A stretch of 64,000 nucleotides of DNA from Vicinamibacteria bacterium (GTDB lineage: Bacteria > Acidobacteriota > Vicinamibacteria > Vicinamibacterales > UBA8438): contig JAJEEU010000021.1 in NCBI GenBank assembly GCA_022820825.1, positions 267 through 64,266 on the forward strand. Direction: 5' to 3'. The position numbers were made by a program, and so were the translations under genes. Under the pieces are notes generated by a model that worked only from the letters and a program-made list of their open reading frames with translations, was not told where the DNA came from and made no database searches. Each line of letters starts with the position of its first letter. The stretch's first letter is position 1. This document shows, one piece after another, positions 60,825 to 64,000 of the stretch.

Positions 60825-61835
60825 GTGCAGCTTTTCAAGACACAGCCGGATTTCGACTTCATCGCCTGGCGCTGGCACGCCCTCCTGGTGTCGCTGGTGA
60901 TCGTCGTCGCGGGCGCGGCCCTGTTGTTCGTGCGCGGCGGGCTGCCGCTGGGCATCGACTTCTCGGGCGGCAGCCTCATCGTCCTCGAATTCGACGAGCC
61001 GGTAACCGAGGACGCGGTGCGCGACGCGCTGGCCCCGGTAGAGGGCGAGAAGATCGTCCAGCAGTACGGCGACGCGGGCGCGAACCAGATGATGGTCCGC
61101 CTGCCGCAGTCCGGACCCGAGGTGGGAACGAGCCTGGAGGAGGGCGCAGAGGCGGTGCGGTCCGCGCTGCAGGCGAGCGGCGTCGGCGGCTTCCAGGTGG
61201 TGGGACAGGAGCTCGTCGGCCCGGTCATCGGCCAGGAGCTGCGGCAGCGCGGCATCTACGCCTTCGTCTTCGCGATGGCGGGCATCCTCGTGTATGTCGG
61301 CCTGCGGTTCCGCTTCAGCTTCGGGGTGGGCGCGATCGTGGCCGTGGCGCACGACATCATGGTGACCGTATCGCTGCTGATGATGTTCGGCTACGAGCTG
61401 TCGCTCAACGTCGTCGCCGCGATGCTGACAATCACGGGCTACTCGGTGAACGATTCGATCGTCGTCTTCGACCGGGTGCGCGAGAACCTGCGCCGGATGC
61501 GCCGCGACCGGTTCGACCGGCTCGTCAACGTCAGCATCAACCAGACGCTCGCGCGCACGCTGATCACGTCGGGCACCACCGGCTTCGCGGTTCTCGCGCT
61601 GTACGTGTTCGGCGGCGAGGTGCTCGAGGGGTTCGCGTTCACGATGCTCGTGGGCGTGATCAGCGGCACCTACTCGACCATCTTCATTGCCGCCTCCGTC
61701 GCAATCCTGATCACGCAAGGCAGGGCCGCCAGGCGCAGCGCACAACCTCCGGCGCCGGCGCGGACGCCGCAGCGGCAGCCGCAGTCCAGGCGGCCGGGCC
61801 GCAAGTCGCGCGTTCCGGCCCGCAAGTCCGCGTGA
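60825..61835 (+). CDS. secF: protein translocase subunit SecF
   Basis: FDFIAWRW N-terminus and the GYSVNDSIVVFDRVREN motif. GTG start. Basic Pro/Arg-rich C-terminal tail. Confidence 0.9.
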   Translation: MQLFKTQPDFDFIAWRWHALLVSLVIVVAGAALLFVRGGLPLGIDFSGGSLIVLEFDEPVTEDAVRDALAPVEGEKIVQQYGDAGANQMMVRLPQSGPEVGTSLEEGAEAVRSALQASGVGGFQVVGQELVGPVIGQELRQRGIYAFVFAMAGILVYVGLRFRFSFGVGAIVAVAHDIMVTVSLLMMFGYELSLNVVAAMLTITGYSVNDSIVVFDRVRENLRRMRRDRFDRLVNVSINQTLARTLITSGTTGFAVLALYVFGGEVLEGFAFTMLVGVISGTYSTIFIAASVAILITQGRAARRSAQPPAPARTPQRQPQSRRPGRKSRVPARKSA

Positions 61836-61837
61836 CG

Positions 61838-61898
61838 CTGCCCCGCCCGCGAGCGACCGCCGGGGGTTTGGGGCGAGGCCCCAAGAGGTAACGATGCA
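61838..61898 (+). repeat. intergenic repeat, copy E (terminal module only, about 55 nt)
   Basis: CCCGCGAGCGACCGCCGGGGGTTTGGGGCGAGGCCCCAAGAGGTAACGATGC aligns with the proximal ends of copies A-D. The ATG in its tail is the start codon of the next gene. Confidence 0.7.
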
Positions 61899-62487
61899 GT
61901 GGCTCCGTCGCAACCTGGTCACCGGCCTTGTCGTCACGGTTCCGCTGATCATTACCGTCGCGGCGTTCGTCTGGCTGTTCCAGCTCATAGACGGCGTGAT
62001 GGGGCCGGTCTACGAGCGGTGGAGCGGGTATGACATCCCGGGCCTGGGGCTGGCGACCCTGCTCGTGGTGGTGTTGCTGGTGGGGGTCGCGGCGACGAGC
62101 GGGCTCGGCGGGCGCGCGCTGCGGCGGGGCGAGGAGTACCTGATGCGGCTGCCGATCTTCCGGGCAGTCTACGGGCCGGTGAAGCAACTGGTGGCCGCGT
62201 TCTCGCCGGGCAGCCAGCTCGGGTTCCGGCAGGTCGTGCTGGTGGACGATCCGCGCCGCGGTCTCGTAATCGGCTTTCTGACGAAGCGGTTCGTGCTCGA
62301 CCGCGGCAGCGGCCCCGAACAGCTCGTCGCCGTGTACGTTCCGACGAACCACATCTACTTCGGCGACATCCACGTCTATGCGGCCTCGGTCGTGTCCTAC
62401 CCCGATCTGAGCGTGCAGGAAGGGGTGCAGATTTTCCTCACGGCAGGCATGGCGATGTCGTCCGAGGTGCGCTCGAGGCCGTCTTGA
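61894..62487 (+). CDS. DUF502-domain membrane protein
   Basis: N-terminal LVTGLVVTVPLIITVAAFVWLF, a second TM segment, and PIFRAVYGPVKQL are typical of DUF502. Confidence 0.8.
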   Translation: MQWLRRNLVTGLVVTVPLIITVAAFVWLFQLIDGVMGPVYERWSGYDIPGLGLATLLVVVLLVGVAATSGLGGRALRRGEEYLMRLPIFRAVYGPVKQLVAAFSPGSQLGFRQVVLVDDPRRGLVIGFLTKRFVLDRGSGPEQLVAVYVPTNHIYFGDIHVYAASVVSYPDLSVQEGVQIFLTAGMAMSSEVRSRPS

Positions 62488-62513
62488 CAGTCGGAAAAAC
62501 AGGTTGGTACGCT
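62484..62513 (+). promoter_or_regulatory. putative promoter for hppA
   Basis: Perfect TTGACA (62484-62489), an 18-nt spacer containing TG, then TACGCT (62508-62513). A GC hairpin GCGGCC...GGCCGC lies in the predicted leader. Confidence 0.35.
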
Positions 62514-62557
62514 CTGGCGTTTTGCGGCCGCGGATCGGGCCGCGCTCTGAGGTCTGA

Positions 62558-64000
<1,443 letters not shown>

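Overview
This is a very GC-rich chromosomal window made up almost entirely of core housekeeping genes. Positions 1-16.7 kb hold a complete division/cell-wall (dcw) cluster: mraZ-rsmH-ftsL-ftsI-murE-murF-mraY-murD-ftsW-murG-murC-ftsQ-ftsA-ftsZ. murB and ddl are not in the cluster; ddl sits at 56.5 kb. The rest of the window carries the following, in order. A COG1579 Zn-ribbon gene translationally coupled to an RNase HI-AcpS fusion. A minus-strand string of larB-mutS2-dnaG-rpoD-tRNA(CAU)-terminator. GT2 glycosyltransferase-citrate synthase-lepA-lepB. yggS, a TPR protein, a DinG-like helicase, glyA and rpiB. thiC. A large MalT/LAL-type LuxR regulator. A small secreted protein, an M20 peptidase, htpX, a radical-SAM protein and two GT4 glycosyltransferases. 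lptD-folC-accD-deoxynucleoside kinase. A HEAT-repeat cyclophilin lipoprotein, ddl, tgt-yajC-secD-secF, a DUF502 protein and the 5' part of a membrane pyrophosphatase (hppA). LptD indicates a diderm; an Acidobacteriota/Gemmatimonadota-like origin is only a guess. I see no transposase, integrase, prophage, CRISPR array, toxin-antitoxin pair or recognisable defence gene, and I cannot support a novel protein-coding system here. The signals that ordinary annotation does not explain are mostly non-coding. (1) A roughly 220-bp multi-hairpin repeat occupies five intergenic spacers, shows compensatory stem changes between copies, and has a terminal hairpin abutting several start codons. (2) A 132-nt element with 28-nt inverted arms lies inside the dcw operon between murD and ftsW. 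(3) A structured spacer and a strong terminator follow the tRNA, and the terminator ends 8 nt before the next start codon. (4) AT-rich palindromic -10-like islands sit in three very short divergent spacers. The RNase HI-AcpS fusion is the most unusual protein. Many long ORFs in the six-frame track are antisense shadows typical of stop-codon-poor GC-rich DNA.
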